A stretch of DNA of 64,000 nucleotides from positions 320,001 to 384,000 of the forward strand of contig CAXXVO010000004.1 of NCBI GenBank assembly GCA_963422645.2, in the 5' to 3' direction. Position numbers and translations under genes: made by a program. A model generated the notes under the pieces. The model was not told the origin of the DNA, ran no database searches, and saw only the letters and a list, made by a program, of their open reading frames with translations. Source of the DNA: Alphaproteobacteria bacterium (lineage in GTDB: Bacteria > Pseudomonadota > Alphaproteobacteria > UBA828). Each line of letters starts with the position of its first letter. Position 1 is the first letter of the stretch. Shown here in pieces: positions 50,283 to 60,804 of this stretch.

Positions 50283-52142
50283 ATGCCACGCGATACCGTA
50301 CGCCTGACGATGGCGCAGGCCCTGGTCCGCTATCTTTGCAGCCAGCACACCATCATCGACGCAGAGCAGGTTCCGCTCTTCGCCGGTGTGTTCGCGATCT
50401 TCGGCCACGGCAACGTCACCTGTCTCTCGGAGGCGCTGGAGCCGGTTCAGGACCGGCTGCCGACCTGGCGCGGGCAGAACGAGCAATCCATGGCGCTGGC
50501 GGCCATGGGCTACGCCAAGGCGAAGCGCCGGCGCCAGATCATGATCGCGACGTCCTCGATCGGCCCGGGCGCGCTCAACATGATGACGGCTGCGGGCGCG
50601 GCCCATGCCAACCGGCTGCCGATGCTGATCCTCGCGGGCGATACCTTCATGAACCGGCTGCCCGATCCGGTGCTGCAACAGGTGGAGCACTTCGGCGACC
50701 CCACCGTCACCGTGAACGACGCCTTCAAGGCGGTCTCGCGCTACTGGGACCGGATCGCGCACCCGGCGCAGCTGATGGCGTCGCTGCCGCAGGCCATCGC
50801 CACCATGCTCGACCCGGGCGACTGCGGCCCTGCCTTTATCGCGCTGCCCCAGGACACGCAGGAGATGGCCTTCGACTACCCGGAGGCGTTCTTCGAGGAG
50901 CGGGTCTGGACCATCCCCCGCCCGCGCCCGGACCGTGACCGCGTGGCCGAGGCTGCGGCGTTGCTGCAGACGGCGAAATCGCCGCTCATCATCTCGGGCG
51001 GCGGGGTGCGCTACTCCGGCGCCGAGGCGGCGGTGGCGGCCTTTGCCGCCGAGCGCGGGATTCCGGTGGTCGAGACGATTGCCGGCAAGGGTGCGTTCAG
51101 CCACGACGACCCGGTCCATTGCGGCCCGATCGGGGTGGTGGGCTCGACCTCGGCCAATACCCTCGCCGCAAGCGCCGACGTGATCCTCGCCATCGGCACC
51201 CGGCTGCAGGACTTCACCACCGGGTCGTGGACCGCGTTTGCGCACGATGCGGCCTTCATCTCGATCAACGCCGCGCGCTGGGACGCGACCAAGCACCGGG
51301 CGCTTGCGGTGGTGGGCGATGCGCTGGAGACGGTGCGGGAGCTGGACGCAGCACTCGGCGCCTGGAAGGTGGAGGGCGCCCACCTGGCCAAGGCTCAGGC
51401 ACTCTTCAAGGAGTGGGACGCGCTCCTGGACGAGCACCAGGCGCAGACCAACGCGCCGGTTCCCTCTTACGCGCAGGTGGTGGGTGTGGTGAACCGGGCT
51501 GCGGGCGAGGGCGACCACCTGATCGCCGCCGCCGGCGGGATTCCGGGCGAGGTCGCCAAGGGCTGGCGGGTCAAGCAGCGCAACACCTTCGACCTCGAGT
51601 TCGGCTTCTCCTGCATGGGCTACGAGGTCGCCGGCGGCTGGGGCAATGCCATGGCGACCGCGGGCTCATCCACGCCCATCGTCATGGTGGGCGACGGCAG
51701 CTACCTGATGTTGAACGCCGAGCTCTATTCCTCGGTCCTCACGGGCCACAAGATGATCGTGGTGATCTGCGACAATGGCGGCTACGCGGTCATCAACCGG
51801 CTGCAGGAGTTCAAGGGCACGCCCGGCTTCAACAACCTGTTCAAGGATTGCCGGCGGGCTACGACCGGCGACCCGCCGCTGGTGGATTTTGCGCAGCACG
51901 CGGGGTCCATGGGGGCCCATGCGCGCCACTGCGCGAGCCTCGCCGACCTCGAGGCCGCACTGGAGTGGGCCAAGGGGACCGACCGGACGACGGTCCTCTC
52001 GATCACCACGGAAGCCTACACCTGGACGCCGGGCGATGCCGCCTGGGATGTCGGCGTGCCCGAGGTCTCGGAGCGCGAGACGGTGCGGGCCGCCCGCGCC
52101 GATCACGAAGAGATCCGGGCGAAGCAGCGCGTGGGAGTGTGA
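50283..52142 (+). CDS. iolD: 3D-(3,5/4)-trihydroxycyclohexane-1,2-dione acylhydrolase
   Basis: TVRLTMAQAL, AIFGHGNV, NEQ.MA, PDPVLQQVE, EFGFSCMGYE, GDGSYLM (TPP-binding). Confidence 0.96.
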   Translation: MPRDTVRLTMAQALVRYLCSQHTIIDAEQVPLFAGVFAIFGHGNVTCLSEALEPVQDRLPTWRGQNEQSMALAAMGYAKAKRRRQIMIATSSIGPGALNMMTAAGAAHANRLPMLILAGDTFMNRLPDPVLQQVEHFGDPTVTVNDAFKAVSRYWDRIAHPAQLMASLPQAIATMLDPGDCGPAFIALPQDTQEMAFDYPEAFFEERVWTIPRPRPDRDRVAEAAALLQTAKSPLIISGGGVRYSGAEAAVAAFAAERGIPVVETIAGKGAFSHDDPVHCGPIGVVGSTSANTLAASADVILAIGTRLQDFTTGSWTAFAHDAAFISINAARWDATKHRALAVVGDALETVRELDAALGAWKVEGAHLAKAQALFKEWDALLDEHQAQTNAPVPSYAQVVGVVNRAAGEGDHLIAAAGGIPGEVAKGWRVKQRNTFDLEFGFSCMGYEVAGGWGNAMATAGSSTPIVMVGDGSYLMLNAELYSSVLTGHKMIVVICDNGGYAVINRLQEFKGTPGFNNLFKDCRRATTGDPPLVDFAQHAGSMGAHARHCASLADLEAALEWAKGTDRTTVLSITTEAYTWTPGDAAWDVGVPEVSERETVRAARADHEEIRAKQRVGV

Positions 52143-52145
52143 GGG

Positions 52146-53051
52146 ATGCTGGAAGCGAAGCTGGGCATCGCGCCCATCGCCTGGTGGAACGACGATCTGG
52201 TGGAGCTTTCCGACGACGTGAGCCTGGAGGAGTGTCTGCGCCAGGCCTCGGTGGCGGGGTTTAGCGGGATGGAGACCGGCCGGCGCTTTCCGATGGACAT
52301 GGACGAGCTCGGGCCGATCCTGAAGCGCTACGGGATCTCGGTCTGCGGCGGCTGGCATTCGGGCCGTCTGCTGGAGGGCGATATCGAGGCGGAGAAGGAG
52401 CGCATCCGGCCGATGATGGACTTCTTCATCGCGGCCGAGGCGCCCTGCATCGTCTATGGCGAGATCGCGGGCGCCATCCAGGGCGAGCGCAGCGCCCCGC
52501 TCGCGACCAAGCCCCGCATCGCCGACGACGACCGGATGAGGGCGTACGGCCGCAACATGACCGCGTTTGCGGAGTGGTGCGCGGAGGAGGGCATGCCGAT
52601 CGCCTATCACCACCACATGGGCGCCGTGATCGAGACCGAGGCGGAGCTCGACGGCCTGATGAGCCACAGCGGCGAGGCGCTTCGGCTGGCCTATGACACC
52701 GGCCACCTCGCGTTTGCGGGCGGCGACGGGCTGCGCGTCATCGAGCGCTACCGCCGCCGGCTCGGCCACATCCACACCAAGGACGTGCGCCGGGGCGTGG
52801 TGGACGGCCTCGACCGCAGCCGGGAGAGCTTTTTGGACGCGGTCATCAAGGGGGCGTTCACGGTGCCGGGCGACGGCGACCTCGACTTCGAGACCATCGT
52901 CCACCGCCTCGCCGAGGTCGGCTACGAGGGCTGGTTCGTGGTCGAGGCGGAACAGGACCCGGTGCCAAACCCGCCGCTCGAGATGGCCAAAAAAGGACAC
53001 GCCGAACTCCGCCGCGTCATGGCCAAAGCCGGATACAAGGTCACCCAATGA
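52146..53051 (+). CDS. iolE: Myo-inosose-2 dehydratase
   Basis: GIAPIAWWNDDL, YHHHMG, DTGH, HTKDVR, FTVPGDG, VVEAEQDP. Confidence 0.96.
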   Translation: MLEAKLGIAPIAWWNDDLVELSDDVSLEECLRQASVAGFSGMETGRRFPMDMDELGPILKRYGISVCGGWHSGRLLEGDIEAEKERIRPMMDFFIAAEAPCIVYGEIAGAIQGERSAPLATKPRIADDDRMRAYGRNMTAFAEWCAEEGMPIAYHHHMGAVIETEAELDGLMSHSGEALRLAYDTGHLAFAGGDGLRVIERYRRRLGHIHTKDVRRGVVDGLDRSRESFLDAVIKGAFTVPGDGDLDFETIVHRLAEVGYEGWFVVEAEQDPVPNPPLEMAKKGHAELRRVMAKAGYKVTQ

Positions 53052-53107
53052 ATAGAATCGGCGTCCCGCTCCGGACCTGAATCCCACGAGACCCGAAGGT
53101 ACGCCCG

Positions 53108-53416
53108 ATGCCTTGGATAGACGTCTGCTCGGCCGACGACATCGACCTTGAGGATGCCATGTCCTTCGATCACGGCGGGCGAGCGTTCGCCCTCTTCCGC
53201 AATCACGAGGGCGACTTCTTCTGCACCGACGGCCTGTGCACCCACGAGGACATCCACCTTGCCGACGGCATCGTGGAAGGAAATACGATCGAATGTCCGA
53301 GGCACGCGAGCGTCTTCGACTTCACCACCGGCGAAGTGGACTCGCCACCAGCCTTCGAGGACCTGCAAACCTATCCGGCAAGGGTCCGGGACGGTCGGGT
53401 CTTCGTCGAGATCTGA
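53108..53416 (+). CDS. MocE-like Rieske [2Fe-2S] ferredoxin
   Basis: CTHE.IHL.DG and ECPRH...FD Rieske motifs. Confidence 0.9.
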   Translation: MPWIDVCSADDIDLEDAMSFDHGGRAFALFRNHEGDFFCTDGLCTHEDIHLADGIVEGNTIECPRHASVFDFTTGEVDSPPAFEDLQTYPARVRDGRVFVEI

Positions 53417-53420
53417 CACC

Positions 53421-54200
53421 ATGACACAGCCCTTCGCGCTCGCGGCCTGCGCCGAGATGCTCTGGCCGGAGAAGCCCATCGAATGGCGCGTGCGCCGCTT
53501 GACCGAGCTCGGGTTCGGCGTCGGCCTCTGGAGCTGGCCGGATCTCGACCTGGATGCGCTGGAACGCTCGGGCGCGACCTTCACGATCATGAACGGCTAC
53601 TTGCAGGGCCGTCTCGCCGACGACGAGGGCACAGATGCGCTGCTCGCCAGCGCGCGGCAAACCGCGGCGGTCGGCAAGCGTCTCGGCGTCGCCCGGCTCA
53701 ACCTGCACGGAACCGCGCTGGGCGAGGGCGGGATTCCAATCCTCCAGTGCGATGCCGTCAGCGGCGCCATGTGGCTCAAGGCCCGCGACACGCTCAACCG
53801 GATCGCCGATCTCGGGGCGGAGCTGGGCGTGACCTTCACGCTCGAGAACCTGAACCCGACCGACCATCCGCGCTGCGCCTTTGGCGCCACGGCCGACGTG
53901 ATGGCGCTCGTCGCCTCGGTCGACAGGCCGGAGCTCAGGATCAACCTCGACCTCTATCACACGCAGATGGGCGAAGGAGACCTGATCGGCTGGTGCCGCC
54001 GCTGCCTGCCCTGGATCGGCGAGGTCCAGGTGGCCGATGTCCCCGGCCGCTGCGAGCCGGGGACCGGCGAAGTCAACTGGCCGGCCGTCGCGCGCGCGTT
54101 GAACGACATGGGCTATCGTGGCCCGGTCGGGATGGAGGCCTACGCCGCCGGCGATTCCGAGGCGGCGCTGGAGGCGTTCCGCCAGGCGTTCACGATCTGA
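53421..54200 (+). CDS. Hydroxypyruvate isomerase-like TIM-barrel protein
   Basis: LENLN..DHP, NLDLYH.Q.GEG, QVADVPGR.EPGTGE.NW, GY.G.VGME. Confidence 0.9.
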   Translation: MTQPFALAACAEMLWPEKPIEWRVRRLTELGFGVGLWSWPDLDLDALERSGATFTIMNGYLQGRLADDEGTDALLASARQTAAVGKRLGVARLNLHGTALGEGGIPILQCDAVSGAMWLKARDTLNRIADLGAELGVTFTLENLNPTDHPRCAFGATADVMALVASVDRPELRINLDLYHTQMGEGDLIGWCRRCLPWIGEVQVADVPGRCEPGTGEVNWPAVARALNDMGYRGPVGMEAYAAGDSEAALEAFRQAFTI

Positions 54201-54295
54201 GGCGTGCGGACCCGTCGGTCCGGTGGCGTTCGGCGCGTCATCCGCTAAGCTGAAGGAGGATTTGGGAGGTCGGACAGACAGGGAGGGTCTGAACC

Positions 54296-55111
54296 GTGGT
54301 GGATTTTATCGACAGAAATCGCAGGACAGTGGCCGACATGCGCGCGATGAAGGCCAGGGGCGAAAAGATCACGATGCTCTACGTCCAGACGCTGGAAGAG
54401 GCGGCGGCGGCGGACCAGGCCGGCATCGACATGCTCTCGATCGAAGAACGCTTCTTCTCGCCCGAAATGCGCGAGGCGGCGGGACGTTGCTTCGTACAAG
54501 TAGGCCTGCCCTACGGGCAGTTCGGCGACTACGTGACCGCCGAGGACTACTTGCGGGGGGCATTCCACCAAGTGCGCATGGGGGCCGATTGCATCTACTG
54601 CTCGGCGTCCTACGACATCCAGAAGCTCCTCTGCGACAACCACGTTCCGATCGTGGCCCACGTGGGCTTCGTCCCGGCCAACGTAACCTGGACCGGGTGG
54701 CGGGCCGTCGGCAAGACGGCAGCCGAGGCGCTGGCCGTCTGGAAGCACATCAAGCGGCTGGAGGCCGTTGGCGCCTTCGGCGCAGAACTCGAGGTTGTGC
54801 CGGACCGGGTCGGCGAGATGATTTCGAAGAACACCTCGATGCTCATGCTCGGCATGGGTGCGGGCCCCGGCGCGGACGCGCAGTACCTCTTCACCGAAGA
54901 CGTGCTGGGCCACACTTCCGGCCACAAGCCGCGCCACGCCAAGACCTACCGGAATTTCGCCGCCGAGTACGAACGGCTGCAGAACGAGCGCGTCGCCGCC
55001 TTCAAGGAGTTCATCGCCGACGTGCACTCCGGCGCCTACCCCGCGCCCGAGCACATCGTCCCCATCGCGGACGAGGAGTTCGAGGGGTTCCTCGCAGGCA
55101 TGGAGGACTGA
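54296..55111 (+). CDS. Divergent PanB-like (ketopantoate hydroxymethyltransferase family) protein
   Basis: K..GEKITML, AHVG..P, AVGK, GAF..ELEVVP, GMGAG..ADAQ.L...DVLG, PRHAK.Y; lacks the LVGDS metal-binding motif. Confidence 0.85.
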   Translation: MVDFIDRNRRTVADMRAMKARGEKITMLYVQTLEEAAAADQAGIDMLSIEERFFSPEMREAAGRCFVQVGLPYGQFGDYVTAEDYLRGAFHQVRMGADCIYCSASYDIQKLLCDNHVPIVAHVGFVPANVTWTGWRAVGKTAAEALAVWKHIKRLEAVGAFGAELEVVPDRVGEMISKNTSMLMLGMGAGPGADAQYLFTEDVLGHTSGHKPRHAKTYRNFAAEYERLQNERVAAFKEFIADVHSGAYPAPEHIVPIADEEFEGFLAGMED

Positions 55112-55374
55112 AGCTCGCGAGGACGCGCTCATCGATTGGGGAGAAAGCGTCCGAGGAAGACCTCGCCTGGCGGCTCCGGCCCGCACAAGCTCGAGGAAGC
55201 CGGGAAACCGCTGTCTCGGTGATCTTCTTGTGATGGACAGGCGCTTTCGATAGCTTGCTCGGCGGTACGGCGCGTGTCACGCCTTGCACGGCGGCCCTTG
55301 CCCGGCCCGGCCGGCGGAGCAGGAGGAAGGCGTGAGGCATGCAGCCTGCGCGCCGCCGATCCGGGAGAGAGACG

Positions 55375-56394
55375 ATGGCGGAGACAACCCTCGGCACTCG
55401 TGACAAGCGCGGCAACTGGCGGCCGCCCTACATCATCCAGAAGCCGATCTTCATGACCTGGCCGCTCAAGCCGGTCGAGGTCCTCAAGTTCTTCTTCGGA
55501 TGGCCGGGCTACCTCTGGCCGTGGAACCTCCTCTTCTTCGCGTTCCCCGCGGTGGCGTGGTTCTACATGACACCGCCGCTGGCCGACATGCAGACCTTCG
55601 AGGCGTGGTGGATCGCCATCATCTTCGCCCGCAACCTAGGGTTCACGGTGCTCCTCTTCGGTGCCTGGCACCTGTGGTTCTACGTCTTCAAGGCCCAGGG
55701 CACGCACACCAAGTACACGCTTCGCCCGTTCGCCAAGAAGAACAAGGTGTTCGCCTTCAACAATCAGCTCGCGGACAACATCTTCTGGTGCTTAGGCAGC
55801 GGCGTGCCGATCTGGACGGCCTACGAGGTCGTTTCTCTGTGGGCCTTCGCCAACGGCTACGTGCCCTTCGTTGAGTTGCGCACGGACCCGGTGTGGTTCG
55901 TCATCTTCATGCTGCTGATCCCGCTAATCCGGGAGTTTCACTTCTACTTCGTGCATCGCCTGCTGCACTGGCGGCCGCTCTATGAGCTGGCCCACAAGGT
56001 GCATCACCGCAACGTCAATGTCGGACCATGGGCCGGCATGTCGATGCACCCGGTGGAGCACGTGCTCTACTTCTCGGGCGCACTGCTGCACTGGGTCGTT
56101 CCCTCGCACCCGCTGCACATGATGTTCCACCTGCACCACGCCTCCCTCTCGTCGCCCCAGGGCCACCACGGATTCGAGAGCTTCGGGCCTGAGGGCAAGT
56201 CCGTGACCTTCGGCGCCTACGGCCACTACCTCCACCACAAGTATTTCGAGTGCAACTACGGTGGCGGTGACGGCCTGATGATCTGGGACGCGCTGTTCGG
56301 CACCTGGCACGACGGCTCCGACGAGGCCCACGAGCGCATGAAGCGGCGCCTGGCCGAACGTAGCTGGGCGGAGAAGGCGGCGGGAGCCGCATAG
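55375..56394 (+). CDS. Sterol desaturase / fatty-acid hydroxylase family membrane di-iron enzyme
   Basis: TM helices; His boxes HRLLH, HKVHH, MHPVEH, HYLHH...CNYG. Confidence 0.92.
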   Translation: MAETTLGTRDKRGNWRPPYIIQKPIFMTWPLKPVEVLKFFFGWPGYLWPWNLLFFAFPAVAWFYMTPPLADMQTFEAWWIAIIFARNLGFTVLLFGAWHLWFYVFKAQGTHTKYTLRPFAKKNKVFAFNNQLADNIFWCLGSGVPIWTAYEVVSLWAFANGYVPFVELRTDPVWFVIFMLLIPLIREFHFYFVHRLLHWRPLYELAHKVHHRNVNVGPWAGMSMHPVEHVLYFSGALLHWVVPSHPLHMMFHLHHASLSSPQGHHGFESFGPEGKSVTFGAYGHYLHHKYFECNYGGGDGLMIWDALFGTWHDGSDEAHERMKRRLAERSWAEKAAGAA

Positions 56395-56685
56395 ACCCGC
56401 GATCGCCGGGTTGCCGGGGACGTTCTCGGCGCACTATCCCGAGGGGCGGGAACCGTCCGCCCGCGCCCTGCACTGGCAGGTCGAGTTCGGTTGGCCACCG
56501 TCAGCCTGATCCGTTCCCACCTAGTTGCCTGCTCGGAATGCGGGTTACCTCGTCCCCGACACGCGCGGCATCGACGCCGACGGCTGCGCTGGGGAGGGTC
56601 GCGGGCGCAACGCGTGTGGAAACGCCTCACCTGGGTTGCTATTCTGGTCGAGGCTAATCACAAACCGACTCAAGGGAGGAATATC

Positions 56686-57678
56686 ATGAGGAAGATAGTC
56701 TGCGCCCTCGCCGCCGCCGGTCTCGCGACCGCTGGGCTCGCGGCTACCGACGCGCAAGCCGAGGACGAGAGCTACAACTTCATCTTGGTGCATCACGCCG
56801 CCCCCGGACACCAGTTCTGGGAGATCGAGAAGAACGGCATGGAGGAGGCCTGCGCGCTCATCAACGCCGACTGCCAGATGGTGTTCCTGCAGACCCAGGA
56901 CGGCAACATCGGCGAGGTTCTGCAGAACCTGGAGGCCGCGGTCGAGCAGCAGCCCGACGGCATCGCCACCACCATCATGGACCCCGAGGCCTTCGACGGC
57001 ACGATCCAGCGCGCCATGGACCTGGGCATTCCCGTGGTCTCCTACAACGTCGACGACGCGGACGGCGCGGCGGGCAGTGCGCGGATGGGCTACATGGGCT
57101 CCAACCTCATCAAAGCCGGTTACACATTGGGCCTCGGAATATCCAAGTTCTTCCCCGAGGAAGGCCCGATTCACGTCCTCATCGGCACCAACGATCCCGG
57201 GCAGCAGTGGTCGCAGCATCGGACCCTGGGCGCCGAGATGTTCATGGAAGAGTATGCGGCGGCCAATCCGGGCCGCGATATTACGTGGGCCAACATCGAT
57301 GCCGGCTATGACCTTGGCGTGACCGGCGCCCGCGTGAGCTCATACATCCAGACCAATCCCAACACGACCGCCTATCTGGACAACGGGTTCTGGGAGGTCG
57401 GCGTGGCCCGCGCGCTGCGTGATCTCGGCTACGAGCCCGGACAGGTGCTGCTCGGCGGGTTCGACCTCAATACCTTCAAGCTCGAAGAGATGAAGGAGAA
57501 CTGGATCCAAGTCACGGTCGATCAGCAGCCCTACCTACAGGCGTTCCTCTCCGTCATGCAGCTCTACCTGCACAACAAGTACGGGCTGGGACATTGGAGC
57601 GTCGACACGGGCGAGCTGATCGTCACGCCCCAGACCGCGGACCAGGTCCTCGGGCTGTCGGCGCAGAACAAGCGCTAG
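56686..57678 (+). CDS. Sugar/cyclitol ABC transporter substrate-binding protein
   Basis: GGAGG RBS, signal peptide, QPDGIA, GIPVVSYN, GGFDL, VDQQPYLQ. Confidence 0.93.
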   Translation: MRKIVCALAAAGLATAGLAATDAQAEDESYNFILVHHAAPGHQFWEIEKNGMEEACALINADCQMVFLQTQDGNIGEVLQNLEAAVEQQPDGIATTIMDPEAFDGTIQRAMDLGIPVVSYNVDDADGAAGSARMGYMGSNLIKAGYTLGLGISKFFPEEGPIHVLIGTNDPGQQWSQHRTLGAEMFMEEYAAANPGRDITWANIDAGYDLGVTGARVSSYIQTNPNTTAYLDNGFWEVGVARALRDLGYEPGQVLLGGFDLNTFKLEEMKENWIQVTVDQQPYLQAFLSVMQLYLHNKYGLGHWSVDTGELIVTPQTADQVLGLSAQNKR

Positions 57679-57824
57679 GTGCGACGACTCAGGTTACCGG
57701 GAGAACCGGCAAGGGTCCGGGCGCCGCGTGCGCTGCCCGGGCCGCCGGCCCGATCCGCTCGCCGGACCCCGGGCAGCGTGACCGCCCGCCGGGACGCAGG
57801 TGCCATGATGGTTGCGGGAGTCAC

Positions 57825-58853
57825 ATGAAGGGCCTCGCGAAGACGGTCCTGTCACGGCCCGAGATCACCGCCCTCATGGTGATGATCGTGCTGGGCGCCA
57901 TCTTCTTCATTAACACGCCCGTGTTCCTGAGCGCGGGCAATTGGCGTGTGCTCTTCGGCATCATCCCCGAACTCGGCCTGCTGGCGCTGGGCGTCACCAT
58001 CCTGATGATCGCGGGTGAGTTCGACCTTTCCGTCGGTTCGATGTTCGCCTTGGGCGGTATGCTCCCGGTCCTCCTCAACCAGATGGGGGTCGACCCGTGG
58101 GCGTGCCTCGTCATCGCCACCCTGGCCGGCGCAAGCGTCGGCTATATCAACGCCTCCGTTACGCTGACCTTCGGCATTCCCTCCTTCATAACGACGCTGG
58201 GCATGATGTTCGCCGCGCGCTCGGTCTCCGTGGTCATCTCGGGCGGTCACATGCCGGTGTGGACCCCCGATCTGCCCGACAAGCTGTTCACCGGGGTCAT
58301 CGTCGAGGGAGGATTGTTCAGGGCTTCGTTCGTCTGGTACGCGGGCATCGCCATCGTGCTGGGGTGGATGCTGCATCGCACCAACTTCGGCAACTGGATC
58401 TTCGCCACCGGCGCCCACGTCCAATCGGCCCGGGACATGGGCATCAATACCCGGCGTGTGAAGACCGTGTGCTTCATGATCTGCTCAATGTGCGCCACAT
58501 GGGCTGGCATCTTCGCCGTGATGCGCTCCCACATGGGATTGCCCAATCAGGGCGAGACCTTCGAGCTTCAGGCCATCGCCGCTTCGGTCATCGGCGGCGT
58601 AGCGCTGTTCGGCGGCTTCGGCTCGATCCTCGGGCCCATCGTCGGCGCCTTCGTCATTCGCATGCTTGACAGCGGGCTGGTCATGGCGGGTGTCGGCGCG
58701 GGCTGGTTCAAGTTCGCGATCGGCGTCTTTCTGATCGCCGCCGTGGTGTTCAACCTGTACCTCATGCGGATCGGCCAGGGGATGCGGCTGGCCGAGCAAG
58801 AGGAGCGTGATGCCGAATCCGAGGACTCGAACGAACCGGAGGAGCGATCATGA
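57825..58853 (+). CDS. Sugar ABC transporter permease
   Basis: GEFDLSVGS, IPSFITTLG, T.FG.WIFATG, IAASVIGG..L.GG.GS. Confidence 0.94.
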   Translation: MKGLAKTVLSRPEITALMVMIVLGAIFFINTPVFLSAGNWRVLFGIIPELGLLALGVTILMIAGEFDLSVGSMFALGGMLPVLLNQMGVDPWACLVIATLAGASVGYINASVTLTFGIPSFITTLGMMFAARSVSVVISGGHMPVWTPDLPDKLFTGVIVEGGLFRASFVWYAGIAIVLGWMLHRTNFGNWIFATGAHVQSARDMGINTRRVKTVCFMICSMCATWAGIFAVMRSHMGLPNQGETFELQAIAASVIGGVALFGGFGSILGPIVGAFVIRMLDSGLVMAGVGAGWFKFAIGVFLIAAVVFNLYLMRIGQGMRLAEQEERDAESEDSNEPEERS

Positions 58854-59647
58854 CCGCTGAGACGCACGTGGCCGATGCGGCTTCGGAGGCATCGCCCGCG
58901 CCTGCCGCCGAGACCGACGAGCCGCTGATCCGCTGCTCCGGGCTCCACAAGTGGTACGGCGGTGTCCACGCTCTCAAGAACGTGGATCTCGACTTCGGGT
59001 ACAACGAGGTTCTCGGGCTGGTGGGTGACAACGGCGCCGGCAAGTCGACCCTGATCAAGATCCTTTCCGGTGCCCACCGCCAGGATTCTGGCGATATCTT
59101 CTTTCAGGGAAAGCGCGTCAGCTTCGCCTCGCCGCGAGAGGCCATGGATCTCGGCATCGAGACCATCTACCAGTACAACGCGCTCGCGCCCACGCTCTCC
59201 ATAGAGCGCAACATTTTCATCGGCCGCGAACCAATCACCGCCCGCATCGGCCGCATCGGCAACATGGACTTCCGCAAGATGGGGCGGGAGGCGATGGAGG
59301 CTCTGCGGGATGTCGGCCTCCACCTGCGCTCGCCCTCGACCCCGGTCGAAGAGCTTTCGGGCGGCGAGCGCCAGGGCGTCACCATCGCCCGCGCGATGTA
59401 CTTCAAGACCAAAGTGCTGATTCTCGACGAGCCGACGAACCACTTGTCGATCAAGGAAACCAACAAGGTGCTGGGCTGGGTTGAGGGACTGAAGGCTCAA
59501 GGCATCACCTCGGTCTTCATCACGCACAACCTGCACCACGTTTACCCCATTGCTGACCGCCTGTGCGTGCTCTCGCGCGGAGAGAAGGCGGCCGAGATGC
59601 CGAAGTCCGAGACCTCCATCGAGGAGCTCACGGATCTCATCGTCTGA
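58850..59647 (+). CDS. Sugar ABC transporter ATP-binding protein
   Basis: GDNGAGKST, LSGGERQ, ILDEPT, ITHN. Confidence 0.96.
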   Translation: MTAETHVADAASEASPAPAAETDEPLIRCSGLHKWYGGVHALKNVDLDFGYNEVLGLVGDNGAGKSTLIKILSGAHRQDSGDIFFQGKRVSFASPREAMDLGIETIYQYNALAPTLSIERNIFIGREPITARIGRIGNMDFRKMGREAMEALRDVGLHLRSPSTPVEELSGGERQGVTIARAMYFKTKVLILDEPTNHLSIKETNKVLGWVEGLKAQGITSVFITHNLHHVYPIADRLCVLSRGEKAAEMPKSETSIEELTDLIV

Positions 59648-59683
59648 CATGAAGCGCTGCAGGACTCGCCCGGACGCGGAACC

Positions 59684-60703
59684 GTGAAAGCACTGACCAA
59701 GCTCCTGCTGTCGCGACCCGAGATCGCCTCGATCGTCGTCGCGATCGCGCTCGCCGTGGGGCTCGGCCTCAGCGGCGAGCGCTTCATGACCGAGGGGAAC
59801 ATGCGCGTGATCCTGGCCATCGTGCCGGAGCTCGGGCTGATCGCGCTCGGCGCAGCGCTCCTCATGATCTCGGGCGAGTTCGACCTGTCGGTAGGCTCGG
59901 TGTTTGCGCTGGGGACAGTGATGCCCGTGATCCTCGTCGCCCAGTACGGCTTCGACCCGTGGCTCGGTTTCGCCGTCGCCACCGGAGGGGCGCTCCTCAT
60001 CGGCTACTTCAACGCATTCGTGACTCTTACCTTCCGCATACCCTCCTTCATCACGACGCTCGGCACCCTCTTCATCGTCCGCTCTGCCACGGTCGTCTTT
60101 TCGGGGGGCTACCCGCCGCGCTGGCCCAAGCACATGCCCGATTGGGTGTTCGTCGGCTATCTCACCGAGGGCGGTGTCGTGCGCGCGTCGCTGATCTGGT
60201 ACCTGGGCGTCGCAATCGTGCTCGGCTGGGTGCTGCATCGGACCAATTTTGGCAGTTGGATCTATGCGACCGGCTCCCACAAACAATCGGCCCAGGACAT
60301 GGGCATCGACGTGAGGCGGGTGAAGATGACCTGCTTCATGATCTGTTCGACGCTCGCGACCTGGGCAGGCATCCTTCAGGCCCTGCGCAGCCACTCGGCG
60401 TACCCGGCGGTAGGCAGCGGCTACGAAATGCAGGCGATCGCGGCCTGCGTGATTGGCGGCGTCGCGCTCTTCGGCGGCTTCGGCTCGATCCTGGCCCCGA
60501 TCATCGGCATCATCATCATCCGCATGGTCGACAACGGCGTGGTCATGGCGCGGGTCGATTCGGGCTGGTTCAAGCTCGTCATCGGCGCCCTGACGGTGGG
60601 TGCAGTGGTCTTGAACGTCTCCTTGCGCCGCCGTGCCGAACGCATCCGGCTCGAGGATGAAGCGGCTGCCGAGACCGAGGAAGCGCGGGAAGACCGGGCC
60701 TGA
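59684..60703 (+). CDS. Sugar ABC transporter permease (second paralogue)
   Basis: Same motifs as, and closely similar to, 57825-58853. Confidence 0.94.
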   Translation: MKALTKLLLSRPEIASIVVAIALAVGLGLSGERFMTEGNMRVILAIVPELGLIALGAALLMISGEFDLSVGSVFALGTVMPVILVAQYGFDPWLGFAVATGGALLIGYFNAFVTLTFRIPSFITTLGTLFIVRSATVVFSGGYPPRWPKHMPDWVFVGYLTEGGVVRASLIWYLGVAIVLGWVLHRTNFGSWIYATGSHKQSAQDMGIDVRRVKMTCFMICSTLATWAGILQALRSHSAYPAVGSGYEMQAIAACVIGGVALFGGFGSILAPIIGIIIIRMVDNGVVMARVDSGWFKLVIGALTVGAVVLNVSLRRRAERIRLEDEAAAETEEAREDRA

Positions 60704-60804
60704 TACGCTTGGCCAGAGTCCGTCCGGCGGCGACTAAGCGCGGGAGCCGGCTTGCCGAGCACACTCCGAACCGACCGGTTCACCGCTGAGGTGAGGAACG
60801 AACC